Part shown: positions 9,254 through 18,241 of the stretch, in pieces
Layout of the letters: every line of letters begins with the position of its first letter
Numbering within the stretch: position 1 is the stretch's first letter
Virus record (IMG/VR): IMGVR_UViG_3300037245_003898
Strand: one strand, 5' to 3'
Length of the DNA: 60,124 bases
DNA from: an uncultured virus (IMG/VR IMGVR_UViG_3300037245_003898)
Lineage: Duplodnaviria; Heunggongvirae; Uroviricota; Caudoviricetes
Position numbers and translations under genes: made by a program
Notes under the pieces: model-generated
The model's input: only the letters and a program-made list of their open reading frames with translations
What the model was told of the DNA's origin: nothing
Database searches by the model: none

Positions 9254-10507
9254 TTATAATTCTGCGATGTCGTCGCTTTGATCGACACCAAAATCGACAG
9301 GTTGCGCTGTGCCCCCTGCCTGCGGGGCCGTAATTACCGAACCATCCGAAATCACATCCGGCTCCGATATACGTGGTTTCGGGGTGGGACGAGGCCTTGA
9401 CGTGGCCATCGCTGGAGCTTCAGTCCCAATCGGCGGGTCACGATGAGAAGGAACATTGATCTGCTCTTTGATTTGCAGACAAGTCAATTGTCTGCTGAGC
9501 GAATCAGAAGCAGCTTTCAACGTTGCATCCGTCTGCTTAGCTGCCTCCATAAAGCCCTTCAGTCGGTTATAGTATTGCTCAAGATCAAATAAATGCTCCA
9601 GGGTAAGACCGTCTCGCCGATGCGAACCTTTTAGTTCATGGTCTTTCCAGAGCTTTGATTTGAGCATTTCAACCTCTCGCTCCCAAACGAAAAATTGGTG
9701 ATAGCATGACATAAGGATATCTGAAACTCGCACTTTCTGTCGATAAACGTCATCGATCCTTGTTCGAACGAAATCGGGATTGACTTCATCTGAGTTAATG
9801 AATTGACGCAGATTAATCGAAGCAAGTTCCTCATACATATCATCAAGCTCAAGAATGGGAAATTCTCGAAGAATATTTGCCAGCACCATCACTTTGAATC
9901 GGTAGAAGCCTTTGTATGCTCGACTGCCATCGTAGAGAACGAAATTTGGGTACTTCTCTCTGATTTGGTGATAGGCTTTCAGATATTCCCCGCTCAGACC
10001 GAGAGGGTTATCTTCTAAATCAGCGGGTAAGGGTGAGGGCAAGGGCAAGGGCTCTTCAGATTCAGCGATAGGAGCCTTATGTTTTTCAGGTTCAGGTTCA
10101 GGCTCAGGCTCAGGCTCAGGTGTAGATTTTGTTTCATCTACCAACAGAGCTTCCGTCTCCGCAGCAAGTTTCGCTATATCAGCATCCACCTCTGCGGCTA
10201 CATCTCCTGGAATCTCCATCTCATCGGGTTCGGCAGGCTCTTCCGGTTCCACCTCGTTCATGACTTTCTGTGGCGGTGATTGCCTAGCCTCTTCCCTGGC
10301 TTTGGTAATGATTTCAGTTTCAGGGTCTATCTGTGACTGCGGTTCAGGGTCCAGCGCAGCCCTCACATCCTCCACCCGCTTATCAAACGTCTGACCAGTT
10401 TCCTCGTCAACTGTTGTGCTGTAGTCGCTGGTGCCTTCTGCATCTAATGCAGAGTCCAAATCTACATCGAATAGTTTTGCCATAGATGTAGCAGATGTAG
10501 CTTTCAT
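9254..10507 (-). CDS. hypothetical protein with acidic/Pro-rich disordered N-half and coiled-coil C-half
   Basis: 417-aa ORF with a PEPEPE tract, directly upstream of ssb-recA. Confidence 0.8.
   Translation of the reverse strand: MKATSATSMAKLFDVDLDSALDAEGTSDYSTTVDEETGQTFDKRVEDVRAALDPEPQSQIDPETEIITKAREEARQSPPQKVMNEVEPEEPAEPDEMEIPGDVAAEVDADIAKLAAETEALLVDETKSTPEPEPEPEPEPEKHKAPIAESEEPLPLPSPLPADLEDNPLGLSGEYLKAYHQIREKYPNFVLYDGSRAYKGFYRFKVMVLANILREFPILELDDMYEELASINLRQFINSDEVNPDFVRTRIDDVYRQKVRVSDILMSCYHQFFVWEREVEMLKSKLWKDHELKGSHRRDGLTLEHLFDLEQYYNRLKGFMEAAKQTDATLKAASDSLSRQLTCLQIKEQINVPSHRDPPIGTEAPAMATSRPRPTPKPRISEPDVISDGSVITAPQAGGTAQPVDFGVDQSDDIAEL
10085..10120. repeat. hexamer tandem repeat (YTCAGG)x6 encoding (PE)n
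   Basis: ttcagg ttcagg ttcagg ctcagg ctcagg ctcagg. Confidence 0.85.
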
Positions 10508-10511
10508 TGGT

Positions 10512-10904
10512 CTACTCCAGCGAATCTAATGAATCCAAATCGTTTGTTGCTGCTGGGACAGGCGTACTACACGTTTTAGCGTTATCTTTGAAGTATGCTT
10601 GCTTATGCTCAAGTCCCAACTCACCCAAAGCTCTGTCGTGAAATTCTTTGAAGTTCTTCAGCAACAAAGCTTCCCAGTTCTTCACCTTCTTTTCTCGTTC
10701 CGCAAGAGTTTGCCACTCGATATCCTCTTCGATCTCATTAATAATGACGAGAGTTTGATATCTTTCAGTGTTAAGCGTGCGATGTAAACCCTTGCGAATA
10801 CGGGTTTTACGGAATGGAAGGTCTTTGGAATCTTTTGTGGTATTTTCAGTGGAATCTTTTGTGGTATCTTCAGTTTCTTGTGGCTGCAATCCCGCATTGG
10901 GCAT
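10512..10904 (-). CDS. hypothetical protein
   Basis: 130 aa, AGGAG RBS, directly downstream of a GTATAAT promoter. Confidence 0.8.
   Translation of the reverse strand: MPNAGLQPQETEDTTKDSTENTTKDSKDLPFRKTRIRKGLHRTLNTERYQTLVIINEIEEDIEWQTLAEREKKVKNWEALLLKNFKEFHDRALGELGLEHKQAYFKDNAKTCSTPVPAATNDLDSLDSLE
10827..10874. repeat. 24-nt tandem duplication within CDS
   Basis: ggaatcttttgtggtattttcagt / ggaatcttttgtggtatcttcagt (one mismatch), encoding TEDTTKDS/TENTTKDS. Confidence 0.85.
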
Positions 10905-10932
10905 ATCAATCTCCTACTTGGTTTTCAATAAC

Positions 10933-10939
10933 ATTATAC
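10933..10939 (-). promoter_or_regulatory. GTATAAT -10-type promoter heading the ssb/recA/primase operon
   Basis: Intergenic CTGTATAATG, then AGGAG RBS. Confidence 0.65.
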
Positions 10940-10971
10940 AGTGGACTTTTCGGGTTTTAGGTAAAAATGTG

Positions 10972-10996
10972 AAAAAAGTTCAGAAATTTTTTGAAC
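10972..10996 (-). terminator. possible intrinsic terminator after dnaE C-terminal gene
   Basis: Minus strand GTTCA-AAAAATTTC-TGAAC-TTTTTT. Confidence 0.45.
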
Positions 10997-11001
10997 ACCA
11001 T

Positions 11002-12912
11002 TTATTCTTCAAAGGGATAATCGCCACCAGGACGGCCTCGATTCCGCTTCTGATCTTTCTTTATGGTCTCAAAATCTCTCAGTAATTGCTTGCGAGTTTT
11101 CTCTTTACCAAACAAACCCGCATCGTAAAGAGCTTCTACAACTTTGGTATTCACATTAGGACCGACTTTGCGAGCAAACGAAAAAAACAAGTCCTTCCCT
11201 TTGTAGGGTTGATGCTTGATGATGTCTTCAGCGGCTTTGTCTCCAACGCCCTTGATAATCAGAGGCCTCAGAATTTCTGATTCACCAACAATCGTATATG
11301 CAAGCTTGGACCTATTGAGATCAGGATGCAAAATCTTCAAACTGTAGTTAGCATGAGCGTCACGCTCGTATTTAGCTACGTCATCAAAGTTGCGGCGAGT
11401 AGCATCTACTGACAGACGAGCCGTAATAAACTCGATAGGGAAGTGAGCTTTGAGATAAGCAGTCTTGAAGCTTTCATAAGCATAGGAGGTTGCATGGGAC
11501 TTATTAAAGGCATATCCACCGAACTTCTCCATGTCAGCCCAAATCTTTTCCGTCACAGCCGGAGGGATTTCATTTTTCTTACAACCCTTGAAGAACGGTT
11601 CTTTATATTTGTCAATCAAATTTCGTTTCTTCTTGGCACATCCTTTCATAAAAGCATAACCATCCGAAGCAGTCAGGTCAGCTAATACCATAAACGCTTG
11701 CATCACCTGTTCTTGATAAGACAAAATACCAAACGTCCTGCGAGTTATTTTCTCTAACAAAGGATGGCCATACCTGACTTGTTCTCTGCCATGCTTTCGC
11801 CGAGCAAACATGGGGATATAATCTTTGGGGCCAGGGCGATACATCGCAATTGCGACAATCAAATCATCGAATGATGAGATACCAATCTGCTGTAGGGTCT
11901 GCTTCATGCCGGTATTTTCAAGCTGAAAGCACCCATCCGTCTTGCCCCCTTTGAGCAAGTCCAACGTGGGTTGATCATCGAGTGGCAAATTGCCCAAGTC
12001 AATATCTATCCCATGTCGATCCAGAACTAACTGATGAGCGCGGTTGACGGCTGTCTTTGTAGACAGACCCAAAATATCGAACTTAATGAGTCCCAATAGC
12101 TCAACTTCAAACATCGTCCATTGGGTCGCGATGGTTTTTTCCTTGCCAGAATCCATATCACCACGGGTGACATGTAGCGGACAAATACGCTCCAATGGCT
12201 CAGGTGAAATAAGCATTCCGGCAGCATGGCTGCCGAATGCAGAGATGCCCCCTTCCATATGACGAGCCACTCTATAGACTTCAGGATATTCCTGCATATA
12301 GCGGCCAAAGACATCGTATTCTTCCGATGCTGCTTTCACGCTATTCACAAAAGAACCATCGACCCTTTTCATCAAACTAGGCAGACAGGACAAAACCTTT
12401 TGCTCAAGTTGAAAATTCAGGCTACGATCATCTTTAACGCGTTTACCAGACCTATCGAAGACAACAGAATTCTCGGGGTCCAAAACTTTGATGACCCTGC
12501 GAACGGCTGCTTTGGTCTTCAATTGCTGAACAGTCCCAATCTTAGCTACTTTGTCACTTCCGTATTTCTGAATGAGATACTCATCGATCAGGTGGCGAAG
12601 CTCATAATCAAAATCCATATCAATATCAGGAAAGCCAGCGCGACCGTAGGTACGTCGTTTCGGGATATAAATAGGGCGAGAGAGATCATGAGACTGCGTA
12701 GTCGTTCCCAAGTAGAATAAGACTGCGGAGTTTGATTCATTCTTATCTCCTCTCCGCTTTGGATTTTTTTCCACGGTTATCAAATGATGCTGGACATCTT
12801 CCAAAAGAGATGATTCCTCAAGATACTGCAACTCTTCTTTCACCCGTTGCATATCTGCATCAGGGCGATTAGCCGTTATCGTTTCCCAAAACTTCTTAGA
12901 TAGTTCTTCCAT
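11002..12912 (-). CDS. dnaE: DNA polymerase III alpha, C-terminal part (palm/thumb/fingers/HhH)
   Basis: FPDIDMDF, HAAGMLIS, GLIKFDILGL, GCFQLE, AMYRPGP, YQEQVM, GYAFNKSHA, YLKAHFP, IKGVG. Ends without the OB-fold/CTD. Confidence 0.95.
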   Translation of the reverse strand: MEELSKKFWETITANRPDADMQRVKEELQYLEESSLLEDVQHHLITVEKNPKRRGDKNESNSAVLFYLGTTTQSHDLSRPIYIPKRRTYGRAGFPDIDMDFDYELRHLIDEYLIQKYGSDKVAKIGTVQQLKTKAAVRRVIKVLDPENSVVFDRSGKRVKDDRSLNFQLEQKVLSCLPSLMKRVDGSFVNSVKAASEEYDVFGRYMQEYPEVYRVARHMEGGISAFGSHAAGMLISPEPLERICPLHVTRGDMDSGKEKTIATQWTMFEVELLGLIKFDILGLSTKTAVNRAHQLVLDRHGIDIDLGNLPLDDQPTLDLLKGGKTDGCFQLENTGMKQTLQQIGISSFDDLIVAIAMYRPGPKDYIPMFARRKHGREQVRYGHPLLEKITRRTFGILSYQEQVMQAFMVLADLTASDGYAFMKGCAKKKRNLIDKYKEPFFKGCKKNEIPPAVTEKIWADMEKFGGYAFNKSHATSYAYESFKTAYLKAHFPIEFITARLSVDATRRNFDDVAKYERDAHANYSLKILHPDLNRSKLAYTIVGESEILRPLIIKGVGDKAAEDIIKHQPYKGKDLFFSFARKVGPNVNTKVVEALYDAGLFGKEKTRKQLLRDFETIKKDQKRNRGRPGGDYPFEE

Positions 12913-13980
12913 TTATAATTTACCACCAGCGCCAGGATTGACGTTTATCCAAAACAGTTTATTGAAGATTTCATCCATGTCATAACAGGTTGACGGAATA
13001 TGCGGAATATGATGATCATCAAGAAACTGTTTGATTCTCCCCTCTATCTCCGCCGCCTCGGCCTTGGATTGATAACGAACATTATTATCTACGTAATCCT
13101 GAAGTGACAGAAACACTAGGTTGCTATAGCTTTCAATGTCAAACAAAGCCCGTTTGTACATCTTGGCGCAATACAAAGCAACTTGTGGCGAGAATTTCTC
13201 TCTATTCAAATACATGAGATAAATGTACGCCAGAAACGATGGACAATCTGAAACTACGATCCCTGCGGAATCTGCATCTTCCTCACGCTCATGCTGCCCA
13301 TGCCAGATGAAAAACTGATCCTGGAAAGTGGGAGTGCGATGATATTTCTGTATAAACGTAGTTGCGAACTCAGCTACATGAAAAGCGTTACCGCCGAATT
13401 CAGTATTCACTCGGTGAGCAATAACGCTAGCCGTCTCAGACTTGCCGCTGCTTGGCCCTCCACAAATTCCAATCTTTCTCATGAAATATTCAAATGTGCT
13501 CAATGGACAGGGCTGAAGTTCAACTCCAAACACTCGTCGAGAAATATCTGCGGGCAGAGGATACAAACTTTCACTCATCGCCTCGATTTCTATAACGGCG
13601 AGACGCATTGGTTTTTCAACGATATCAAGGATTACTTTCATATTAGCATCATTAGGACGGCCAATCTTACTTGTATCCACAGGCACATCATATCGCTTCT
13701 TAGAAATGCTCAGCTTAGCCTTTTCGGCCAATACCTGAGCAGCTTCCCAGCTTATCTCTTCTTCTTGTTCAATGCGGTAGCCATCGGCTTTGTTGCCTTC
13801 TTTACGCGTAATTACCGCTGTATGCCGGTCCTCTGACATACGCACTCGAAGTCCACAAGAAAGATATTGATCGTTGATTATCCTTTTGGGATTTTCGGGC
13901 CAAGGGATATTCTGATCGGCAAAGAACTTCTTAGCTCCGTCCCAAGTAAACACATATGATTGTTCATGTTCAATCATCAC
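12913..13980 (-). CDS. CYTH-like triphosphatase domain fused to NadR/Ttd14-like (AAA_28) P-loop NTPase/kinase
   Basis: N-half: IEHEQSYV, LRVR, ITRK, RIEQEEEI, KKRY, VIEIE (CYTH). C-half: KIGICGGPSSGKS, VAEFAT, VVSDCP. Confidence 0.75.
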   Translation of the reverse strand: MMIEHEQSYVFTWDGAKKFFADQNIPWPENPKRIINDQYLSCGLRVRMSEDRHTAVITRKEGNKADGYRIEQEEEISWEAAQVLAEKAKLSISKKRYDVPVDTSKIGRPNDANMKVILDIVEKPMRLAVIEIEAMSESLYPLPADISRRVFGVELQPCPLSTFEYFMRKIGICGGPSSGKSETASVIAHRVNTEFGGNAFHVAEFATTFIQKYHRTPTFQDQFFIWHGQHEREEDADSAGIVVSDCPSFLAYIYLMYLNREKFSPQVALYCAKMYKRALFDIESYSNLVFLSLQDYVDNNVRYQSKAEAAEIEGRIKQFLDDHHIPHIPSTCYDMDEIFNKLFWINVNPGAGGKL

Positions 13981-14209
13981 ATTCCCTCACTTCCAAAACT
14001 ATAATCCGCATTTCCATCCCTTGATAATCAGGATTATGCTCATACTGTTTTTTAGCACTCTTGGCCCAATCCAGGGTGGTGAATGTAGTATTAAGAAGCT
14101 CAATAGCTCCATGCCCATCTTCATAAGCAATGCCATAAGCCACACCATCGCGATACACATTACTTAGCGATGAGCGACGAGAATCTGAAGCTAAAAGATC
14201 AACAATCAT
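13970..14209 (-). CDS. hypothetical protein (79 aa)
   Basis: ORF with overlapping start/stop junctions inside the split dnaE locus. Confidence 0.65.
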   Translation of the reverse strand: MIVDLLASDSRRSSLSNVYRDGVAYGIAYEDGHGAIELLNTTFTTLDWAKSAKKQYEHNPDYQGMEMRIIVLEVRECDD

Positions 14210-15549
14210 TCTGTATAAACTTCTGGTTTTATTCCTAAGTCGTCCTCAGAAATGAACTTTTTCGAATCAAATCCTAGGAAACGCTCCCAAAGAAGATCTT
14301 GTTCAAGCGGGTCTACGCCTTCGGTAATACCAAGGCATTTCAGCAACAGCGATCCAAAACCAGAACCACGAATTCCCGCCGCAATCTTGTTCTCTTTCGC
14401 AAATCTCATAATGTCTTCAACAATCAGGAAATAAGTGCTAAAATCATATCGCTTCGTATCCCAGATTAGCTTGATATCATCCAACTCTAGTTTTAACCGC
14501 TCATGGTGACGAGTAGAATTGTCAAAACCAATCTTCTTCAAACCCTGCCATGCTAAAACTGAGAGATACTCATAAGGATCACTATAGCCGTCAGGAAGGT
14601 CAAAGCGAGGCAGGAGCATTTGCTCGCCGAGCACGATATCTGAGTAATCGCATTTCTCGGCCAATTCTACCGTATTGCTCAAAACGGACGGAATATGACC
14701 AAAAATCTTAGCCATTTCTTCTTTGGACTTAAAGTAGAACTCCTCGTATGGAAACTTCAGGCGCTTCGGATCTTTGATGAGACGACCACTGGACATGCAC
14801 ATCAAAACTTCATGAAATTCAGCATCTTGCTTTCTTACATAATGACAGTCGTTTGTCGCTATGATTTTGATATCCAGTTCTTTAGCCAGTTTCTGTATAT
14901 CAGATAGAATTCGCCCTTCGCTCTCCAACCCGTGATACATCATCTCCAAGTAGAAATCTTCCCCGTAGATATCTTTGAACAATGTTGCCGCTTTCTTGGC
15001 CTTATCATATTCGTCAATGGAAAGATTCCAGTTGATAACATTACTCAAACAAGCCGATGTGCAGATAACCCCCTCTGAAAGCTCGGCCAACAATCCAAAA
15101 TCCAAACGAGGGTCATAGTAATAACCGTCCAGCGATGCCCGGTGAGATAGGGTGCTAACGTTCTGGAAACCCTTGTGATTCTTAGCAATGATATTGATAT
15201 GACGATTGCCCTTTCGCCCGTCCTGTTGTCCAGGCACATCATATGACGTGCCATCAGGACGATGCATAACAGTGTCATTTTTGGACTTGCATTTATGATT
15301 CCGCGCCTGATAAGCCTCCATCCCTAAAATCGGTTTGATATCTTGCCGGCGACATTCTTTGAGAAACACAATCGCCCCAGCGAAAGTGCCGTGGTCAGTC
15401 ATTCCTACGGCCTTCATACCCATTGCCTTGGCGGTTGAGACGAGACCGGGAATCTTCTCTCCGTCTCGCTCGATATCACAGATAGAAGAAAGTCCATCAA
15501 ATTTTGAGTATTGCGTATGATTATGTATATGGACAAAATCAGGGGTCAT
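14206..15549 (-). CDS. dnaE: DNA polymerase III alpha, N-terminal part (PHP domain plus start of palm)
   Basis: FVHIHNHTQYS, MTDHG, KPILGMEAY, TSACL, ATNDCHY, YFKSKEEM, YFLIVED, RGSGFGSL, LLWERFL. Confidence 0.95.
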   Translation of the reverse strand: MTPDFVHIHNHTQYSKFDGLSSICDIERDGEKIPGLVSTAKAMGMKAVGMTDHGTFAGAIVFLKECRRQDIKPILGMEAYQARNHKCKSKNDTVMHRPDGTSYDVPGQQDGRKGNRHINIIAKNHKGFQNVSTLSHRASLDGYYYDPRLDFGLLAELSEGVICTSACLSNVINWNLSIDEYDKAKKAATLFKDIYGEDFYLEMMYHGLESEGRILSDIQKLAKELDIKIIATNDCHYVRKQDAEFHEVLMCMSSGRLIKDPKRLKFPYEEFYFKSKEEMAKIFGHIPSVLSNTVELAEKCDYSDIVLGEQMLLPRFDLPDGYSDPYEYLSVLAWQGLKKIGFDNSTRHHERLKLELDDIKLIWDTKRYDFSTYFLIVEDIMRFAKENKIAAGIRGSGFGSLLLKCLGITEGVDPLEQDLLWERFLGFDSKKFISEDDLGIKPEVYTE

Positions 15550-15567
15550 GTGCTAAATCTCTTTCTC

Positions 15568-15574
15568 ATTATAC
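15568..15574 (-). promoter_or_regulatory. GTATAAT -10-type promoter upstream of dnaE-N
   Basis: Intergenic CTGTATAATG, 18 nt before ATG at 15549. Confidence 0.6.
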
Positions 15575-15589
15575 AGTGTGGCCCGGCAA

Positions 15590-16195
15590 CTAAATCTTCA
15601 AAGTCCGTTTAACCTGGACGGAGGTTTCGATATACGGAATACCTACAGCAGTCGCCAGATTGTGCTTCTTCGCTTGAGCGGCAGTCAGGAATAAATCAGT
15701 GTGATGGTTTTTTTGAACAAAACTCCACCAAAAGCCTTTCTTTTGACCCGTGTTCTTATCAAGCATCTCAAAGAGAAGCTTATTTAACCGTTCTACCTCT
15801 TTGGCATCATTTTGAATATCGACGTGTTTCCCCCAGAAACCACCAGAGATCTCGTGAATCATAACTGTTGATGTCGGAGCGATATATCTTTCTGTTCCGC
15901 AAGAGAAAAGCATGGCTCCGCAACTCATGGCTTTTGCCTGACACACAGTTATCACTTTGACATCAAGGCTCCTAACAAAATCAGCCATACCCAGCAGGGT
16001 ATAGACTTCGCCTCCATACGAATCGATAACAATGGGCAAGAACTCTTGCCCATGTCGCAAAACCTTGTCGCATTCTTCCATAAATGTCTTCAGAGTATAG
16101 GATTCAAACTTGTTGACTGTGACATACAGCGGTTCTTCAGGAAACTCGATGTTTTTCAGATGTTGACAAGGCAGACGTTTCTCACGCATCTTCAT
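15590..16195 (-). CDS. clpP: ClpP-family serine protease
   Basis: IDSYGGEV, AMSCGAML (catalytic Ser), VMIHEISG (His), TDLFLTAAQAKKHNL (Asp). Confidence 0.9.
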   Translation of the reverse strand: MKMREKRLPCQHLKNIEFPEEPLYVTVNKFESYTLKTFMEECDKVLRHGQEFLPIVIDSYGGEVYTLLGMADFVRSLDVKVITVCQAKAMSCGAMLFSCGTERYIAPTSTVMIHEISGGFWGKHVDIQNDAKEVERLNKLLFEMLDKNTGQKKGFWWSFVQKNHHTDLFLTAAQAKKHNLATAVGIPYIETSVQVKRTLKI

Positions 16196-16535
16196 CCTCC
16201 AGAATGGTCACTGGCTCCAGCATCATCCAGCGGCTGACTCTCGGTTTTATACGCACAATATCCGAATCAAAGTTATGAACTTCTAAACGCTTGATCTCGC
16301 TATAGCAGACTTTACGAACCATTGACGCAGTGTTAGTTATAGCCCGGAATCTAAAACACTCATCACCCAATTCTAAGATACGAGCCAACTCCATCTTCGG
16401 TCCATCATTCAACTGAAGACAGCAATCCAACTCTTTATCGGTAAGAACGGATAGAATGGCCTTTATATCAGCAACATCATCAACCATTTGGTCGGTGGTT
16501 TTGGAGATAACAGTTCTAAACTTAATGTATCTCAT
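16182..16535 (-). CDS. hypothetical protein
   Basis: 117-aa ORF in operon context. Confidence 0.7.
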   Translation of the reverse strand: MRYIKFRTVISKTTDQMVDDVADIKAILSVLTDKELDCCLQLNDGPKMELARILELGDECFRFRAITNTASMVRKVCYSEIKRLEVHNFDSDIVRIKPRVSRWMMLEPVTILEDEDA

Positions 16536-16551
16536 TGCGTTTGTCGATCAC

Positions 16552-17445
16552 TCACGGCGTCAACCCCACCAGCTTCGCCAACCGTTGCCGGACCACACTA
16601 ATGTCGTTCTCAATCTCCGAAACAGCCGAGTGGATTTGCTCCAACTCGGACTGTTCCAATTTCTTCACTGCTTTCAGGATGTCTACGAGAATCCGCGAGG
16701 CTTCCGGCCAGCGTTTTTGCCCAGGATAAACGACCAGTTCGCGACCTGCCAACTCCAGGACAGCGGGCAGTTGTTCATCATCCCACCATCTGCGATGGTG
16801 AGCTGGGCCATAGAAATACGCCATAAGCAACGTCGGCTTACTGACAATCGCTTGCAGTTGCTTATCAGCAGCGATCCGTGACGCACTTTTTACCGCCTGC
16901 TCCGATTGATACCGCTGGTCGAGAAACCGCACGTCACTCAGCGCCCATTCAACGACTTGACAGACGACTTTGTTCTTGATCTGTTGGTCGGGGTTCCCGA
17001 AAATACTGGGATACCACAGGTATTCCAGGTCGCGCGGCAGAAACTTCAAACACTTTCTCAGCGCGGTGAGATCGACAGTTTGTTTTCCGTTGATGTACGC
17101 CTTCATGGCGGTCTCGTTTTCGAGCACCATTGATGTGTCGCCCGAAATGTCCATGATCTGCCGCACTTCCTTCAAGACCAGCTTCCACCCCGAGGCAGAA
17201 TCAAATTGGGATTCGAGATGCTTCCGAGTCTTCAGACCGGGAATGATACGCATTCCCGGAACACGTTGGCGTAGCGTCGCGTACAGTGCAGCGTGCCCCG
17301 GGCTGGTCGAGACAATCGCTGTGTCCGCGACCTCCTGCCAGATCAGCAACCCAGCAACGATCCGGTCAACGACGCTTTTTTGTTCGGTGTTACACTCGAC
17401 CCAGGGAATGGCCTTTGCATAATCTAATCGGTGTGATTTACACAT
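16552..17445 (-). CDS. hypothetical protein (GC-rich relative to flanks; C-terminal coiled coil)
   Basis: 297-aa ORF. Hand-counted 60-nt lines give 50-67% GC versus about 40% in a line of the adjacent MTase gene. Confidence 0.75.
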   Translation of the reverse strand: MCKSHRLDYAKAIPWVECNTEQKSVVDRIVAGLLIWQEVADTAIVSTSPGHAALYATLRQRVPGMRIIPGLKTRKHLESQFDSASGWKLVLKEVRQIMDISGDTSMVLENETAMKAYINGKQTVDLTALRKCLKFLPRDLEYLWYPSIFGNPDQQIKNKVVCQVVEWALSDVRFLDQRYQSEQAVKSASRIAADKQLQAIVSKPTLLMAYFYGPAHHRRWWDDEQLPAVLELAGRELVVYPGQKRWPEASRILVDILKAVKKLEQSELEQIHSAVSEIENDISVVRQRLAKLVGLTP

Positions 17446-18218
17446 TTATTTATCTCCACATCGGAATATAACCCAAAACGCTTCTTCATGGTGCTGATAG
17501 CTTTGGGGTTGTTATCTATAAGAACAAAGTTTCGGTTGAGATTGTGGGCGGCAAAACCCAAAGTTCCACTGCCCGCGAAAAAATCCAGCAACAAGTCATC
17601 TTCTCGGGAATGGACCTTCACTATTCTGTCGATTACACCCAAGGGCTTCTGAGTGGGATAGCCTGTCTTCTCTCTTCCATTGGTTGCTACGATAGTATGC
17701 CACCATACGTCTGTCGGAGTTTTGCCCCTTTTGGTTTTCGCTTCACCGACCAAGCCAGGGGCCATATATGGAATTCTGTCCATCTCATCATAATTGAATG
17801 TATAGTTCTGGGGATCTTTTACATACCATAGAATAGTATCATGTTTGCAGGACCATTTCTTAGTCGAACGAGCCCCATAATCATAAGCCCAGATAATCTC
17901 ATTCATGAATGAGCTGCGACCGAACACACTGTCAAGCCAAATCTTACAATAATGGACTTCTCGGTAATCCAAATGACAAAAGAAAGAGCCCGCAGGGGAT
18001 AATAGTCTATAGGCTTCTTGTAACCTGGGTCTCATAAATGCTTCAAAGTCATCAAATTGATCTTCATATGAAATGGTCTTGCGAACTTGCTTCTTCCCAG
18101 TGTTAAATGGGGGATCGATATAGATTAGATCGAATATTCCCGAGGGCATCTCAGGCAAGACATTCATATTGTCCGCGTGAATTATACGCCGAACTGGCTG
18201 AGGTAGACCAAGTGACAT
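17424..18218 (-). CDS. DNA amino-methyltransferase, beta class (N6_N4_Mtase)
   Basis: IYIDPPFN precedes YPTQKP and LDFFAGSGT. Confidence 0.93.
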   Translation of the reverse strand: MSLGLPQPVRRIIHADNMNVLPEMPSGIFDLIYIDPPFNTGKKQVRKTISYEDQFDDFEAFMRPRLQEAYRLLSPAGSFFCHLDYREVHYCKIWLDSVFGRSSFMNEIIWAYDYGARSTKKWSCKHDTILWYVKDPQNYTFNYDEMDRIPYMAPGLVGEAKTKRGKTPTDVWWHTIVATNGREKTGYPTQKPLGVIDRIVKVHSREDDLLLDFFAGSGTLGFAAHNLNRNFVLIDNNPKAISTMKKRFGLYSDVEINKCVNHTD

Positions 18219-18223
18219 ATGGT

Positions 18224-18230
18224 ATTATAC
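18224..18230 (-). promoter_or_regulatory. GTATAAT promoter 5 nt before ATG (leaderless-type)
   Basis: GGTATAAT-ACCAT-ATG; no SD sequence. Confidence 0.6.
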
Positions 18231-18241
18231 CATTAGCCCGG

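Noticed and set aside
9235..9291. N-terminal extension of the SSB ORF to 9291
   Set aside because: Overlaps the upstream gene; a strong AGGAGA RBS precedes ATG at 9234.
12697..14300. Split intein or self-splicing intron explaining the dnaE split
   Set aside because: No intein terminal motifs, no homing endonuclease and no non-coding space; the intervening DNA is filled by two coupled ORFs.
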